A DNA stretch of 57,342 nucleotides, taken from the NCBI GenBank assembly GCA_017964755.1, contig JAGCRI010000176.1, positions 1-57,342 of the forward strand, written 5' to 3'. Origin of the DNA: Bacteroidales bacterium. GTDB taxonomy: Bacteria; Bacteroidota; Bacteroidia; Bacteroidales; WCHB1-69. The notes below the pieces were generated by a model. The model was not told the DNA's origin. It searched no databases and saw only the letters and a list, made by a program, of their open reading frames with translations. Positions 55,845 to 57,342 of this stretch are shown here, piece by piece. The position numbers were made by a program, and so were the translations under genes. Each line of letters starts with the position of its first letter. The first letter of the stretch is position 1.

Positions 55845-56720
55845 ATGAAAACCACATTACTAATATTGGCAGCCGGCATGGGAAGCCGTTACGGAGGCTT
55901 GAAACAATTGGACAAATTGGGGCCGCACGGCGAAACAATAATGGATTACTCGGTGCGTGACGCGATTGCCGCCGGATTCAGTGAAATTGTCTTTGTCATC
56001 AGACGGAACATGGAGGCTGATTTCAAGGAAGCTATTATGGCAAAGTATCAGAAACTTGTGAAGGTGAACTATGTGTTTCAGGAACTTGACACGCTGCCCG
56101 CACCGTTCAAGGCGAATCCGGAACGCACGAAGCCATACGGCACGGCACATGCAATACTTTCAGCGAAAAACGCCATCACAACCCCATTCGCGGTCATCAA
56201 CGCCGATGACTTTTACGGTGCGGATGCGTTTGCGACCCTTTCAAAATTCTTCGGGCAGCTATCACCCACCGATACCGACAAATTCGCAATGGTTGGATAC
56301 CAGCTGCCGAAAACGCTTTCTGAGAACGGCTCCGTATCACGCGGGGTCTGCTCGGTCGATAATGAGCACAACTTGGTGAGCATCACCGAAATGACCAAAA
56401 TCGAGCGTATCAATGGGGTGATATGCAACAAAAACGAAGACGGCTCATATACCAATCTTCCTGACAACACCATAGTCTCAATGAACTTCTGGGGCTTCAC
56501 GCCAAAATTCTTCGACCAACTCGAAAACCTGTTCTGCCAATTCTTGGAAAAGAACAACGACAATCCAAAATCCGAATTCCAGATTCCGACTGTTGTTAAC
56601 CATTTCCTTACCACCGGCAGCGCAAGCATAAAGGTTCTTGTCTCCTCCGCCGAATGGTTCGGCGTAACCTATAAGGAAGACCGCCCTATTGTTGTCGAGC
56701 GGCTGAAACACATCAAGTAA
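55845..56720 (+). CDS. Sugar-phosphate nucleotidyltransferase family protein
   Basis: LILAAGMGSRYGGLKQL is the GxGxR signature of NTP transferases, and INADDFYG is also present. Confidence 0.7.
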   Translation: MKTTLLILAAGMGSRYGGLKQLDKLGPHGETIMDYSVRDAIAAGFSEIVFVIRRNMEADFKEAIMAKYQKLVKVNYVFQELDTLPAPFKANPERTKPYGTAHAILSAKNAITTPFAVINADDFYGADAFATLSKFFGQLSPTDTDKFAMVGYQLPKTLSENGSVSRGVCSVDNEHNLVSITEMTKIERINGVICNKNEDGSYTNLPDNTIVSMNFWGFTPKFFDQLENLFCQFLEKNNDNPKSEFQIPTVVNHFLTTGSASIKVLVSSAEWFGVTYKEDRPIVVERLKHIK

Positions 56721-56794
56721 CACTTACGGAAATGCTGTGACAAAAGTATTGTCATAAAAATCAACTGCAGTAGCAAGTATTAAAAAAGATTTTG

Positions 56795-56802
56795 TACATT
56801 TG
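56795..56802 (+). promoter_or_regulatory. TAnnTTTG -7 box
   Basis: TACATTTG lies 47 nt upstream of the ATG at 56849. Confidence 0.4.
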
Positions 56803-56848
56803 CAACATTGGAAATAATTTTATCAATTATAATTAAACAACAAATACC

Positions 56849-57342
56849 ATGAAAAAATTCGATCCGGCAGTAGCCATTCAAGATCTCAACCAAATCGGTG
56901 AGTATCACGGAGTTAATCCTTCCATCACAGATTCTGCGACATACGCTTTCCCGAAAGCACAGACGATGACCGACACTTTCCACGGTGAAACCGAAGGGTA
57001 CTTTCTCTATTCGCGTCATTGGAATCCGAGCAACAAATTCTTAGCTGACGCATTAGCTGCAATGGAAGACACCGAAGCAGCGTGGGTGACAGGCTCAGGC
57101 ATGGCTGCAATAACTTGCGCTATTTTGCAGATATGCAGCGCAGGCGACCACATCGTGTCAAGTATGACAACTTACGGCGGCACTTTCGCATTCATCAACA
57201 ACTACCTCAAGAAATTCAACATTGACGCCACTTTTGTAAACATCACAGATTTGGATGCGGTAAAGAAAGCCATGAGACCGAACACCAAGATGATATATAC
57301 CGAGACAATGACCAACCCGCTGCTCCAAGTCTCAAACCTTCC
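56849..57342 (+). CDS. 3'-truncated Cys/Met-metabolism PLP-dependent enzyme (methionine gamma-lyase / O-acetylhomoserine sulfhydrylase family)
   Basis: It is absent from the ORF track because no stop is reached. My own translation is MKKFDPAVAIQDLNQIGEYHGVNPSITDSATYAF...YSRHWNPSNKFLADALAAMEDTEAAWVTGSGMAAI...IYTETMTNP, which is typical of the family N-terminus. Confidence 0.75.
   Translation, partial: MKKFDPAVAIQDLNQIGEYHGVNPSITDSATYAFPKAQTMTDTFHGETEGYFLYSRHWNPSNKFLADALAAMEDTEAAWVTGSGMAAITCAILQICSAGDHIVSSMTTYGGTFAFINNYLKKFNIDATFVNITDLDAVKKAMRPNTKMIYTETMTNPLLQVSNL

Noticed and set aside
56721-56848. SAM or other riboswitch upstream of the Cys/Met PLP enzyme
   Set aside because: The leader between the -7 box (56795-56802) and the ATG is only about 45 nt. 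It is too short for any known riboswitch aptamer, and the only hairpin (TGACAA/TTGTCA at about 56738-56754) lies upstream of the promoter.

Overview
This is a 57.3-kb chromosomal segment from a Bacteroidota genome, probably Bacteroidales. The assignment rests on TAnnTTTG -7 promoter boxes in front of most operons, type IX secretion (T9SS) components and cargo, FISUMP-domain surface proteins, a fused CcsBA cytochrome c synthase and an rnfBCDGEA operon. The left third (1-19.9 kb) is accessory and surface-oriented. It holds a 5'-truncated giant repeat protein with two FISUMP lectin-like domains and a tightly packed glycan operon (DegT aminotransferase, lipoprotein, Wzx, Wzy-like protein, GT4, GT2). 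It also holds two tandem paralogous surface proteins, a second flippase, a DUF2490-like barrel, a modular T9SS cargo protein, and an AT-rich islet with a Panacea (DUF4065) antitoxin gene plus an uncharacterised 149-aa partner. The remainder is mostly housekeeping: rsmI, NlpC/P60, DUF3127, rarA, an Rpn-family nuclease, a C69 dipeptidase operon, der, ruvB and a 3'-truncated Cys/Met PLP enzyme. Interspersed are an outer-membrane barrel-imelysin-DUF1111 di-haem-CcsBA cluster, an AT-rich orphan gene, the rnf operon, an SBP-like protein with a Cache/HAMP/SpoIIE phosphatase, and a bactofilin/AtpZ-like operon. The most interesting items are the candidate novel Panacea toxin-antitoxin pair, the continuous rarA-PorP/SprF reading frame, a DUF3127 protein with an SSB-like DDLPF tail beside rarA, and the lectin-like sequon-rich proteins interleaved with a Wzx/Wzy locus. 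Also notable are a Trp/Tyr/acid-rich insertion in one FISUMP domain and a degenerate RNR-like ORF heading a peptidase operon. No rRNA, tRNA, CRISPR array, transposase or integrase was recognised. All family assignments come from motif recognition by eye and need HMM or BLAST confirmation.
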